Source: a virus (Duplodnaviria > Caudoviricetes). Taken from it: DNA of 36,858 bases. A program made the position numbers and the translations under genes. The notes beneath the pieces are model-generated. The model made no database searches. It saw nothing but the letters and a program-made list of their open reading frames with translations, and was not told the DNA's origin. Below, in pieces: positions 16,136 to 24,913 of the stretch. The stretch's first letter is position 1; each line of letters starts with the position of its first letter. The DNA lies in the IMG/VR virus record IMGVR_UViG_3300036982_000553, positions 1 through 36,858 of that record. One strand, 5' to 3'.

Positions 16136-17099
16136 GGCGCACCACCGACCGTCTCCGCCTCTGCGGGATCTGCTTCATGGCAGATGGCACGCCGCCCCCC
16201 GACCATGTGCACGCGCAGGCCTTGGCAACGGTCGTCGGCTTCAGCCATCGTGTACCCGAGGCCTTCGAGAGAGTGCTCGAGGCACGATACCGGATGGAGC
16301 AAGCCTTCGAGACCGCAGTTACCAGTCTCCACCTGACCAGACTGGTCTTAGTGACGGTCGCGGGTTTCTTCCACCGCATGATCGAGGTCCTGCTGATTGT
16401 CGCCGCCTTACGCCACCGCATGATCGAGGTCTTGGTGAGCGTTGTTGCCCGAATCCACACCATGAATGAGGTCTTAGTGATCGTCGCGGGTTTCTTCCAC
16501 CGCATGATCGAGGTCCTGCTGATTGTCGCCGCCTTACGCCACCGCATGAACGAGGTCTTGGTGACCGTTGTTGCCTTGAGCCAGCGCATGGCCGAGGTCT
16601 TGGTGAGTGTCGTTGATGTGGTCACGGAGTAGGTCACGCGCACCCAGATGGCATCGAGAGAGAATGTGACCGATGATGACGAGTTGCCCTGGATGCCCGC
16701 GATGCGAACGAGCAAGTTCGCATCTCCCAATGCGGCCCAGGTCCAGGTCGTAACGCTGGTGACATCGAGCCAGTTGATGGTGTCGGTCAGGACCTCCGTT
16801 AGGGCAGTCGACAGTACATCCTGCGTGCTCCAGTTGGTGCCGTTATTCCAGGAGATCTCACGCCCGAGTGTGGCAATCGAGGAGGTCGTGCTGACCTTGT
16901 GCTCGTGCCCGATCTCCACCTTGGTGATGACCGTCGTTCCGCCGGGGTCCGTGATGCCAAAGGTTTTCCAGATACCCAGCACGCTCAGGTTCTTCCCCGG
17001 CGCGCAGGTGGCATAGCTATCGTTGCTCGTGTAGGCATTCGTGTTCGAGGTCCAGGCGTTCGTGCCAACCGCAGTCGGATTGTTACTTATCACGGCCAT
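16128..17099 (-). CDS. Putative fibre: N-terminal beta-sandwich, ten 14-aa repeats, Arg-rich tail
   Basis: Thr/Ser/Trp-rich N-domain ending LDAIWVRVTY; repeats like TTLTKTSxMRWxKA. Confidence 0.65.
   Translation of the reverse strand: MAVISNNPTAVGTNAWTSNTNAYTSNDSYATCAPGKNLSVLGIWKTFGITDPGGTTVITKVEIGHEHKVSTTSSIATLGREISWNNGTNWSTQDVLSTALTEVLTDTINWLDVTSVTTWTWAALGDANLLVRIAGIQGNSSSSVTFSLDAIWVRVTYSVTTSTTLTKTSAMRWLKATTVTKTSFMRWRKAATISRTSIMRWKKPATITKTSFMVWIRATTLTKTSIMRWRKAATISRTSIMRWKKPATVTKTSLVRWRLVTAVSKACSIRYRASSTLSKASGTRWLKPTTVAKACACTWSGGGVPSAMKQIPQRRRRSVVRHD
16200..16620. repeat. 42-bp (14-codon) tandem repeat with 126-bp higher-order duplication
   Basis: 16344-16449 and 16470-16575 are nearly identical (offset 126 bp); about 10 degenerate 42-bp units overall. 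Confidence 0.9.
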
Positions 17100-17313
17100 A
17101 CTGTGCCCCCGAAGCGATGTCCCTGGACGACGACCAGTACCAGGGAGGGTATTCGACGCTGTTGATGCACCCGATGGTCACTACCATATAGGGTAGATGC
17201 AGGTCGATGTACTTGAGTGCCCGAAACGAGATGTGGATGCCGAAGTTCAGCGGTCCCGCCCACGAGGCCACCTGCACCATCCAACATCGCCGCTTCCAAC
17301 ACCGATACATCAA
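17083..17313 (-). CDS. Hypothetical protein
   Basis: Overlaps the stop of the upstream gene and fills the gap; the competing frame 17090-17329 looks less protein-like. Confidence 0.4.
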   Translation of the reverse strand: MMYRCWKRRCWMVQVASWAGPLNFGIHISFRALKYIDLHLPYMVVTIGCINSVEYPPWYWSSSRDIASGAQYGRDK

Positions 17314-17693
17314 TCCGTCCTTCCATCATCGTCTACGACCATCGCGTACGGTATGGGTACGCGCTTCTTCCTGAATACGCCAATGGACTTCTCTGTCCAG
17401 CCGACAACGACGACCGACTTCTTCCCTGCCAGGTTCCAGCCAAGCGTGTAGGTGATGATGTTCCCAGACTTCTTCAGCCGACCCGAGACATCGAACTCCT
17501 TCAAGATCTCGGTCGATCTGAAGAAGATCAGGTCCGCTCCGAGAGGGATAAGGAGTTTGAGTTCGACCGGGTAGTGCGCCATGCTCAGCTTGAGTGCGCG
17601 AGTGGCATCACGGACTCCCGGCTTCGGCATCGAGTCGGTCCCCTTGATCACCTCTCCGCCCTCTGTGAGTATCTCCCATCGATGGCTTTGCAT
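17310..17693 (-). CDS. Hypothetical protein in the tail module
   Basis: GGAGTAGGA upstream; LIFFRS...YTLGW motif. Confidence 0.6.
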   Translation of the reverse strand: MQSHRWEILTEGGEVIKGTDSMPKPGVRDATRALKLSMAHYPVELKLLIPLGADLIFFRSTEILKEFDVSGRLKKSGNIITYTLGWNLAGKKSVVVVGWTEKSIGVFRKKRVPIPYAMVVDDDGRTD

Positions 17694-17699
17694 GACGTC

Positions 17700-18200
17700 C
17701 TACTCCTCGTCGTACTTGAAGCTGAGTGTCAACGAGTTGGCATCTCCTGGGGGTGTGCCCGCGCCACTCTGCCGCTGGAACCGGCAATAGTCGCTGTACC
17801 CCGCCGCTGTGAGTTCTCCCGTCAGCGATCCCGCTATCCCGAGGTTCGCCGCTGGCTCAGCGGTCGCAATCGCCGTGTTGGTGAGTGTCGTCTTGCTCGG
17901 AGTGGCGAAGGTCTGGGCCGTGTAGGTGCTTGTCTTGCACGCGGTCTGTATGCCCTCGTCGGTCTCGAAGGTTCCTGCACTTTTCCAGAAACGCAGGTTC
18001 TTGATCTTGGTGGAGTCGTTGAGGGCCGTCAGGTGCACACGGACCCACTTTTCGTAGGCGTTCTCACCGACCGGCACCGAGTTCGCTGTCGGGTCCAAGT
18101 TGGCCGCGTCGATGTTCCCGCAGTCCAGGTCGCCAATGCTGTGGGTGACCGTCTCGCTGACCGTGTTCGATTCGCATATCTCAACTGCCGCAACTACCAT
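17700..18200 (-). CDS. Putative virion structural protein (Ig-like beta-sandwich)
   Basis: Strong GGAGGTGA RBS; GENAYEKWVR, NLRFW and LSFKYDE motifs; Thr/Ala-rich. Confidence 0.65.
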   Translation of the reverse strand: MVVAAVEICESNTVSETVTHSIGDLDCGNIDAANLDPTANSVPVGENAYEKWVRVHLTALNDSTKIKNLRFWKSAGTFETDEGIQTACKTSTYTAQTFATPSKTTLTNTAIATAEPAANLGIAGSLTGELTAAGYSDYCRFQRQSGAGTPPGDANSLTLSFKYDEE

Positions 18201-18206
18201 TCAATT

Positions 18207-18392
18207 TCACCTCCTGCCGAAGTTGGGGTTGGAGGGCTTGATGTTGCCCTGTGCCTTGCATTCGTGAGCGATGTACCTCTCGTCGTCCGGGAATCTCCGA
18301 CCGCACCATGTGCAGACACAGATGTGACTCTGCGCCTGCGGAGCGGCCTTCGTCTCGATCTCCTTCCTGCCAATCCATCCAAACAGCCTCAT
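18207..18392 (-). CDS. Small C2H2/C2HC zinc-finger protein
   Basis: CTWCGRRF...YIAHEC; GAGGAGG RBS. Confidence 0.6.
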   Translation of the reverse strand: MRLFGWIGRKEIETKAAPQAQSHICVCTWCGRRFPDDERYIAHECKAQGNIKPSNPNFGRR

Positions 18393-18405
18393 GTTCGTTT
18401 CCTCC

Positions 18406-19500
18406 TCAGTCTCTGACTTCCTGGAGCGTGATCACATAGGGCCAATAGAGTTCGCCCTTCACGCGCTTGTAATCGTGTGCGATGATCTTGGACCCTGGGA
18501 GTACCACCTGATGGGGTTCATCGACCAGTCCAACGGTCGAGCCTGCGTTCATCATGGCATCGACGGCATCGTATTGCTTCCCAGGCACATACCACCGGCC
18601 TTCGACCTCGACGATCGCCGCCTCGTTGCCCTTGTAGTGTACCCCAGAGACCTTGCGGGACAGAGGATTCGAGATGTTCAAGATTGGCGGGCGGTTGACC
18701 GGGCTGACGGAGGATGCACCACGACTGAAGTAGATGCCATTGACTGCCTCCCAATCGAATATGCCCGTGTCGTACACCGCACCGGAGAATGTCAACCAGT
18801 TGACATAGCTCGAGGTGTTCCCGCGAACAGCTATGTAAAAGGTCCCGCCTGGGGTGTATGGTTGGACGGTCACCGGACTGGCCTTTGTGCCATCGACCTG
18901 GATGGCACCGTGTGCCCCCGTACCGAAGGTAGTGCCCGTAGCCACCTTGAGGGTAATGCCAGCGTTGAGAATGATGAGCGCATATTCCGACTGCGCACCG
19001 TAGCACGCGCACGATGCGTCGATTGTGACCTGACCATTGAGGTACGGATAGAGTGTGACGGTCGCTTGGTCCGCTTCGACTGTTGCTCCCAATATCTCGG
19101 TTGATGTCTTGGTCAACTCGCATAGCACCTGGATGTTGCGGAGGGTGTGAGCTCCGCCTGAGAAGGTGGACCCCGCACGCAGATGCAATCGCGCCTTTGT
19201 AGCTGATTCGGGGCCGACGATGCGTGCTCCGGTGGCAAGTGCTAGTTGACCGGCGCTCAGCACATCGATGGCGGGTGTCAGGGTGTTGTTGATGTTCAGG
19301 GTACCCCCCCCAGCCGGTATTCCTAGCGACCCACCCGCACCGATGGTAATCTTGCCGCAGTTGTCGGTGTCGCCACTGGCGGTCAAGATGTCGTACGCTC
19401 CAAGGTTCGCGGTGTCGGAGAGCGAATCAGGATAGTCTGCCGCGCCCCAGGTGGCCGGTGTTCTCCACGCGCCCGATGCTACGGCGGTGTAGTCCGTCAC
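18406..19500 (-). CDS. Distal-tail (Dit)-position protein with N-terminal beta-solenoid (G8-like) region
   Basis: Directly follows the tape measure; N-terminal SGAWRTPATWG and QVDGTKASPV; C-terminal about 95 aa ending YVITLQEV looks like a tail-tube/Dit fold. Confidence 0.55.
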   Translation of the reverse strand: MTDYTAVASGAWRTPATWGAADYPDSLSDTANLGAYDILTASGDTDNCGKITIGAGGSLGIPAGGGTLNINNTLTPAIDVLSAGQLALATGARIVGPESATKARLHLRAGSTFSGGAHTLRNIQVLCELTKTSTEILGATVEADQATVTLYPYLNGQVTIDASCACYGAQSEYALIILNAGITLKVATGTTFGTGAHGAIQVDGTKASPVTVQPYTPGGTFYIAVRGNTSSYVNWLTFSGAVYDTGIFDWEAVNGIYFSRGASSVSPVNRPPILNISNPLSRKVSGVHYKGNEAAIVEVEGRWYVPGKQYDAVDAMMNAGSTVGLVDEPHQVVLPGSKIIAHDYKRVKGELYWPYVITLQEVRD

Positions 19501-20159
19501 GCCCTCACCGCCCTACTGATCTCCTTAGAGAGCAGGTATCGGTCCAGGTACGTACCGAGATTGATGCTCTTGGTCGTGATGTTGACGTTCACCTGAGACC
19601 CGGAAACGGACGGGCGGCCTATGACCTCTCCCCTGTGCACGATAGCGGGGCCGGTCTCCTTGATTACTCGGGACTGTCCGGGTGATGTCTGATACCAACC
19701 CGCGAGCTTCGCTCCGATGGCCGCCGCCGCCGCCACAGCCGCGCCTACGATGACGATACCGATCCCGGGTATGAGTGCCGTCTTGAAGGCTTGGACGACG
19801 GCTAGGGCCGTCTCTGACGCTCTCAGAGCGTTAACGAGGCCTATCACTCCCTGAATCATCTGCCCTGCCCCGACGAACAGCCGCATATACATCCCGGCCT
19901 GTTGGAGGAGCTTCGATTGCTCATCGGTCAGCCAGTTGAGTCCTGTCAGGCTTGTCACTATCTGATTGTAGCCGCCTGACACCTGGTTGAGTGCCTGTGC
20001 CTGTGCTAGGAATGCGACATTGGAGCGTACGGTCGAAGCGGTCGAGTTCTTCGTGGCCGCGTCGAGTCCTTCGACTTCTCCACGCGCCTTGCGGATGGTG
20101 TTGGTGGCATTGTCATCCACACCTTTCAGTACGAGTCGTGCTTCAGCGTCCAAGGGCAT
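19497..20159 (-). CDS. Tape measure protein (unusually short, 220 aa)
   Basis: Position after tube and chaperone; N-terminal LVLKGVDDNAT, Ala/Gly-rich helical body, hydrophobic stretch, C-terminal GPAIVHRGEVI...VNVNI. Confidence 0.75.
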   Translation of the reverse strand: MPLDAEARLVLKGVDDNATNTIRKARGEVEGLDAATKNSTASTVRSNVAFLAQAQALNQVSGGYNQIVTSLTGLNWLTDEQSKLLQQAGMYMRLFVGAGQMIQGVIGLVNALRASETALAVVQAFKTALIPGIGIVIVGAAVAAAAAIGAKLAGWYQTSPGQSRVIKETGPAIVHRGEVIGRPSVSGSQVNVNITTKSINLGTYLDRYLLSKEISRAVRA

Positions 20160-20775
20160 TCTTGATAGCCTCTTTCTCTTCCTTGTTGACCTCGTCCAAG
20201 ATCAGGAACAGGTCAGCGGGACAGTTCTGCATTGTGAGCTTGTCCGAGAGAGGGATCCCGAATCTCGCAGAGACCTCGGCAACACGCTTCACTACGCCTT
20301 TGACCTCTGCCGAGGGCATATAGATGCCTGACACGGTTTCGAGGACCTGCTTCTGATCGGCCTCGGGAAGTGAAAACAGGAACTCCTCGAATACCTCCCG
20401 TGTCATGGTCGGTCGCACGAGCGATGCGTGCGAGAGAGCGATTGACCAGGGCAGTCCCGCCTGGTTGAACACCTGCATGGCGGCCCAATCCTCCTGTGTC
20501 CTCTCGGGTATCTCCTTCGACATCGCGGTCATGGCCGCGCTTGATGTCTCGGTCGCCTTGTTGAGTATCTCGGCGTACTGCCCTGCAAGCTCAGCGATCT
20601 TCATGGAGGACGCCTTGCGGAATATGAGACAGCCCTTGGACGTCCTCACCGTGAGTACGCGCTCGAGGCCCGCGACGATGTTCGATACATCGACGAGGTC
20701 CTTCGTCACCGCGTCTGCGGCTTCGATGTTCTCGTGCCATTCCATCGGTTGCGCCGGCGGCCCTTTGTTGTCCAT
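20143..20775 (-). CDS. Tail assembly chaperone
   Basis: Between tail tube and tape measure; acidic and helical; GAGGTGA RBS. Confidence 0.6.
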   Translation of the reverse strand: MDNKGPPAQPMEWHENIEAADAVTKDLVDVSNIVAGLERVLTVRTSKGCLIFRKASSMKIAELAGQYAEILNKATETSSAAMTAMSKEIPERTQEDWAAMQVFNQAGLPWSIALSHASLVRPTMTREVFEEFLFSLPEADQKQVLETVSGIYMPSAEVKGVVKRVAEVSARFGIPLSDKLTMQNCPADLFLILDEVNKEEKEAIKNALGR

Positions 20776-20784
20776 GTCGTCACC

Positions 20785-21735
20785 TCATGCAGAAGCAATG
20801 GTCAGCCCGCTGAACTTCAGCGTGAAGGTCTCCTTCAGGGGTTCTTTGCCGCGTGTGTGCTGAGGCCAGAACGCCTTCGGGAAGTACCCGCCAGTCAGCG
20901 TCCAGATCTTGTCTCCTATCGGAAGCGTCAGGGTGATGCCCGTTGTCTTGGCGAGCTTCTTACTGATTGGCGTGGTGTCGCGATGGAACCGGGTGATGTC
21001 GACCGTGCAATCGAACGGTCCCTCGTCGAAGGCCTCGGCGACGGTGTAGTCGAGCGCATCCGCCCCAGTCCGACGCCCGAGCTCCGGCTTGATGCCGTTT
21101 TGGATGTTGAGTGCCCATGTCTCCACGCCCGTGAGATTCACGACGCCTGCCCCCCAATTGATGGTGAGCGGGTCTCCGTCCCATCGGACGAAGGCGGTCG
21201 TCGGGATGGTTGGATCTGCTCCTACTGTCACCGCCTGCAGTCCTGTGAAGGCCTTCGTGGTCGAGAGGGTGATGTACTGGCACCGACAGGTCGCTTGCCA
21301 TGTGATCACCTTGCCGACACCAGGGGCCGCGATCTGCAGGCCGTCCATCTTGCACCCATTGAACAGCGCGTACTCGGTCAGGGATGCGTTCGCCTTCTTG
21401 GCAACGAGTGAGAAAGAGTCGATCAGGCCGTCGGCGGCCCTGCCCGTCGTCGCTCCGAGCGCGAATAACGCCCAGAAGTTGACCGGGTTCCACGCGGGGG
21501 TGACGGAGACCGCGCGAACTCTCGCCTTCATGATGAACCCTACGAGGTCTTGCGTGAAGGTCACATCTGTGTATGCTCGGTTCTCGATCTGGTCCTCCTC
21601 CGGCGTGTCGTCGAAGTCGGGCGTCAGATCGAACACTTCCCCAAGGTAGCTGAGAGCAGATGTCGGTGTCGTAGCGAATGTGCTCTCGAGCACCCAATAG
21701 GTTCGCTTGATGTCCTGCGGCAATAGTGTTGGCAT
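20785..21735 (-). CDS. Major tail tube protein
   Basis: ESTFATTP N-terminus, FNGCKMDGLQI and ETWALNIQNG are tube-like motifs; Thr-rich; expected synteny. Confidence 0.75.
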   Translation of the reverse strand: MPTLLPQDIKRTYWVLESTFATTPTSALSYLGEVFDLTPDFDDTPEEDQIENRAYTDVTFTQDLVGFIMKARVRAVSVTPAWNPVNFWALFALGATTGRAADGLIDSFSLVAKKANASLTEYALFNGCKMDGLQIAAPGVGKVITWQATCRCQYITLSTTKAFTGLQAVTVGADPTIPTTAFVRWDGDPLTINWGAGVVNLTGVETWALNIQNGIKPELGRRTGADALDYTVAEAFDEGPFDCTVDITRFHRDTTPISKKLAKTTGITLTLPIGDKIWTLTGGYFPKAFWPQHTRGKEPLKETFTLKFSGLTIASA

Positions 21736-21739
21736 GGTT

Positions 21740-22033
21740 TCACTTCCAGTATACGACGACAATGCCCACGACCGAGATTAGGGACACAATGATGAATGCC
21801 ACGATGCCGACCATGATCTGCCACCGGGTGTTGAGATCTCGTATCCCGCTCCGGTCCTGCGCGATCTCTGCGTCGGCGTGTGATTTCACCTTTGCGATCT
21901 CCATCTCGTTCTTGTTGCATTGCTCATCGATCGTGTCGAGTTTCTTTTCGATGGTGGAGAGCGACAACGACTGCCCTCTGAGAGTTACGAGTGCCTCTAT
22001 GAGTAGGTCTCTGTTTTCCCGGTTTTCGTCCAA
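21740..22033 (-). CDS. Coiled-coil protein with C-terminal transmembrane helix (XhlA/holin-like)
   Basis: IEKKLDTIDEQ coil, then IMVGIVAFIIVSLISVVGIVVVYW; TTG start inferred at 22033. Confidence 0.6.
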   Translation of the reverse strand: MDENRENRDLLIEALVTLRGQSLSLSTIEKKLDTIDEQCNKNEMEIAKVKSHADAEIAQDRSGIRDLNTRWQIMVGIVAFIIVSLISVVGIVVVYWK

Positions 22034-22062
22034 TGCCCCGCCCTCCGTGCCATCCACCGTTT

Positions 22063-22392
22063 TCAGCCCCGGTCGTTCCCGGCTACCTTCCTCGATTCGA
22101 GGGCCGCTTTCAGCACGTCGATGCCCACATAGCCAGTAGACATGATGCTCACCAGGGCTGTGATCAGAAGCCAATCTAGGCTCCAACCTGAGTTCTTCAC
22201 AGCTTCGTTGAGCACAGGACTCCAGAGCGCGCCTACGATGCCGCCCGCGACCACGCGCTTTGCGATGGCGACCAGGTAGGCTGTGGTGTACTTGAGTGTT
22301 CGTGTCTCCTTCGGCGGGACTATCATGTAGAGCGCACCGCCGAGCGCACCGACGAATATCGCGGCCAAGAGTACGGCCAATCCTGTTTCCAT
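22063..22392 (-). CDS. Small three-TM membrane protein (holin-like)
   Basis: Three hydrophobic segments and a charged C-terminus; GGAGGT RBS. Confidence 0.6.
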   Translation of the reverse strand: METGLAVLLAAIFVGALGGALYMIVPPKETRTLKYTTAYLVAIAKRVVAGGIVGALWSPVLNEAVKNSGWSLDWLLITALVSIMSTGYVGIDVLKAALESRKVAGNDRG

Positions 22393-22403
22393 GTTCTTAC
22401 CTC

Positions 22404-23468
22404 CTATCCTCTGCTTACTGATCTCCTGCTCCTCGAGGAGCGGGCGATGATGCGTTTCATGATGCGGAACAGCCCATCGACCGTCCCGCCCGTCGTGTTG
22501 ATCACGCCGCCAACATAGGTGTAGTGCACCCCGTCGCCGTCGTATGTGCCTGCCGAGACCGTGAAGTTGTTTGTGACACCGACATCGCCGCCCTGAGTAA
22601 ATAGGCTTGATGCCCCATTCTGCAGGAAGGTGGCAAAACTCCAGGGTCCCGTTCCTTGCGTCATGACTCCCCGGTCTCCCAGCGTGAACGTTCCGGCTAC
22701 ATTTAGCGTGTAGTTGGACCCATGATGAAGTGTGCAGGTGTACGTGGGATGGTCAGATTTCACCAAGAGCGATGAAAGCAGAGTGGTCGCAGACAATGAG
22801 AAAATGCGATTGGCAGTCGCGTCACCGCGTGTCGTGATCGTCACCGGGCAGGTAATGGTTCCGAGTGCGGTGGGAGAAACATCGCCAAACAACATCTCGA
22901 AGTAGAGTGTCGAGGACCCATTGATGGTCCCGCCGTTGTTAAATGCGTTGATGGCTAGACCGATGACCGAAAAGACACGGTTCAGCGTAAGAGTCTTTCC
23001 ACTCGCGACGGTGCACGCGACCTGTGTATCGATCAGGCGTGAACCTGAGAGCGTAGTGTTGCCGTTGACCGTGAACGTACGCATGTCCAGATTGGTGCCC
23101 GAGTTGTTGGTCACTATCGCACCGTCCGAGGTCACTATGAGTCTCAGATTTCCGATCGATACCATGCCACTTGCGCCGATCACAAAGTTGGTCGTGACCG
23201 TCAGCGTGTATGTCAGCGACGGCGTGAATGTGCCCGCAGAGAAGTATGCGGCGTAAGCTCCGAAGCTTGCCGCCTGGGTAACCACGCCCGAGTAACCTGT
23301 GCTCAATGACAATGTGCCGACCGTGATCGCAAGGTCCCAAGAGCAGTTCTGAACGCTCGTCGCATCGAATACAATGTCGTCGCCGGCAACAGGTTTAACG
23401 CCGCCGCTCCAGTTCGCATCGACCGATGCCGCCCCTGCCGCCGCCGCTACCCAGGTCTTGGTCGCCAT
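22404..23468 (-). CDS. Beta-solenoid adhesin-like virion protein
   Basis: ANWSGGVKPVAGDDIVFD N-terminal cap, Gly/Thr/Ser/Asn-rich repeats, Arg-rich C-terminus. Confidence 0.65.
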   Translation of the reverse strand: MATKTWVAAAAGAASVDANWSGGVKPVAGDDIVFDATSVQNCSWDLAITVGTLSLSTGYSGVVTQAASFGAYAAYFSAGTFTPSLTYTLTVTTNFVIGASGMVSIGNLRLIVTSDGAIVTNNSGTNLDMRTFTVNGNTTLSGSRLIDTQVACTVASGKTLTLNRVFSVIGLAINAFNNGGTINGSSTLYFEMLFGDVSPTALGTITCPVTITTRGDATANRIFSLSATTLLSSLLVKSDHPTYTCTLHHGSNYTLNVAGTFTLGDRGVMTQGTGPWSFATFLQNGASSLFTQGGDVGVTNNFTVSAGTYDGDGVHYTYVGGVINTTGGTVDGLFRIMKRIIARSSRSRRSVSRG

Positions 23469-23909
23469 CTATTCTTCCTCGTACCACAGCTCGAGCTCCG
23501 TCATGAGCCGATACAACTCATCGGAGGAGTCCATACTTGTTACATCGGTCCACTCACCTGCGAAGGCCCAACTTATCCCCGTCACGGGCGAGCTCGCGTT
23601 GGCCCGTAGGATGCGTTTGACCTCGTCGCGCATCTGTGTCACGTCTGCCCTGCTCTCGGCCCATAGATCGACCTGCACGACCTGGTGGACCTCCTCGAGG
23701 CCATCGCTCACAGGCTCGTGTGTCGTCATGAGTTCGTGGAAGGTGACCAGCCGGACCTTCTTTGACCGTCCATCGGTCATCGTGACCTTGGGAGGGGCCT
23801 CTGTGAACCAATCCTCGTTGATCACGGGGGCAACCCCGCCTGTCGTTGTTGACCACTCCGTAGAGAGCAGAGAGGCCATTAGCGAGCAGGCATTGGTCAC
23901 AGACGACAT
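23469..23909 (-). CDS. Probable tail terminator / tail completion protein
   Basis: VQVDLWA...RDEVKRIL...LYRLMTELEL pattern; about 146 aa; follows the adaptor; GGAGGT RBS. Confidence 0.65.
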   Translation of the reverse strand: MSSVTNACSLMASLLSTEWSTTTGGVAPVINEDWFTEAPPKVTMTDGRSKKVRLVTFHELMTTHEPVSDGLEEVHQVVQVDLWAESRADVTQMRDEVKRILRANASSPVTGISWAFAGEWTDVTSMDSSDELYRLMTELELWYEEE

Positions 23910-24913
23910 CAGTACCTCCACCGCATGATGTCGCTCACGCGGGTACGCCTCTCGAGGTTCCTCCCCGCGCTGTCATAGGGCCTCAGCTTACCACCGAGTT
24001 GGTTCCTGATGCGCTTGACCTCCGAGTCGAACAGACCGATGCGCTCTCGGACCGCCCCGACCTTCTGCGGTGTCTGTGACGAGAGCAACGCATCCCTACC
24101 AGCGAGCAGGGCGGTCAACCGTCGAATCGTCCCTGCCGTCACCGCTTCGCCGTAGGTGTAGCTCACCCGGACGGCCTGATAATCCTCAGGTGGGGTGGTG
24201 ATCAGGCGAATCATCCCTTGCTTTAGATCATCTGGTGAGGCGTAGTAGTCCGCCTCCGGCCCCCATGTCTTTGCGGAGAAGGTCTCTCCCGATCTGTGCG
24301 AGAGAGAGGTCACCGACTGAATCGGGTAGTTCGTCGTCTTGAGGAACTCCTCTCCCCAGTAGTCGTGGTCCTCGTTGAGGGCGGTTCCGGTGTACCACCG
24401 GCGGCCCGTGAAGTCGTCCACATCGGCCACCGCCATCGCTATGAGTTCGGAGATGTCAGCGTCAGCGACGAGATCGGTCGTGATGCCTGTGAGCCTGCGT
24501 ACGTCGTCCACGCCGCAGTACGACGCATATCCGAAGTAGACCGTGTTGAGTATGATGGCAGTCAGGTTGGTGCACGAGTAGGACCCATTACCCGCTATCC
24601 TGCACCCTGCGATGTTCCCCGTCGCGCCTAGCGCCATGAGGAAGGGATAGTGCGGGTTCTGATCGACCGACCTGATCTCACAGAAGTGCTCAGAGGTTCC
24701 CTGCACGGTGAGTGTGCCCACCCATGCGGGGTCGAAACCAGGATACACGCCATCGATGGCCTGGTCATCGAATAGGAGCTTTGCGCCGGCCTCGAGTAAG
24801 ACCGTACCGTCCTTGGCTGTGCTAGTGTCGGTGACTCTCCACCATTGCTCGGTGGTGTCGGCGGTGATGGTGTGCGTCTCTCCGTTTAGATCAAGCTCGA
24901 CTCCTTGGCTCAT
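23909..24913 (-). CDS. Head-tail adaptor (gp6/gp15-like) with extra N-terminal domain
   Basis: YCGVDDVRRLTG...ISELIAMAVADVDDFTGR...YPIQSVTSL...VRVSYTYG is an adaptor signature; about 128 extra N-terminal residues; GAGGAGG RBS before ATG 24913. Confidence 0.75.
   Translation of the reverse strand: MSQGVELDLNGETHTITADTTEQWWRVTDTSTAKDGTVLLEAGAKLLFDDQAIDGVYPGFDPAWVGTLTVQGTSEHFCEIRSVDQNPHYPFLMALGATGNIAGCRIAGNGSYSCTNLTAIILNTVYFGYASYCGVDDVRRLTGITTDLVADADISELIAMAVADVDDFTGRRWYTGTALNEDHDYWGEEFLKTTNYPIQSVTSLSHRSGETFSAKTWGPEADYYASPDDLKQGMIRLITTPPEDYQAVRVSYTYGEAVTAGTIRRLTALLAGRDALLSSQTPQKVGAVRERIGLFDSEVKRIRNQLGGKLRPYDSAGRNLERRTRVSDIMRWRY

Noticed and set aside
16344-16575. Repeat as a CRISPR array or DGR template/variable pair
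   Set aside because: In-frame coding tandem repeat without unique spacers; the few differences are not clearly adenine-specific; no reverse transcriptase or cas gene.
17217-18416. 399-aa plus-strand ORF
   Set aside because: Antisense to four coupled minus-strand genes with good RBSs; no motifs; typical shadow ORF in GC-rich DNA.
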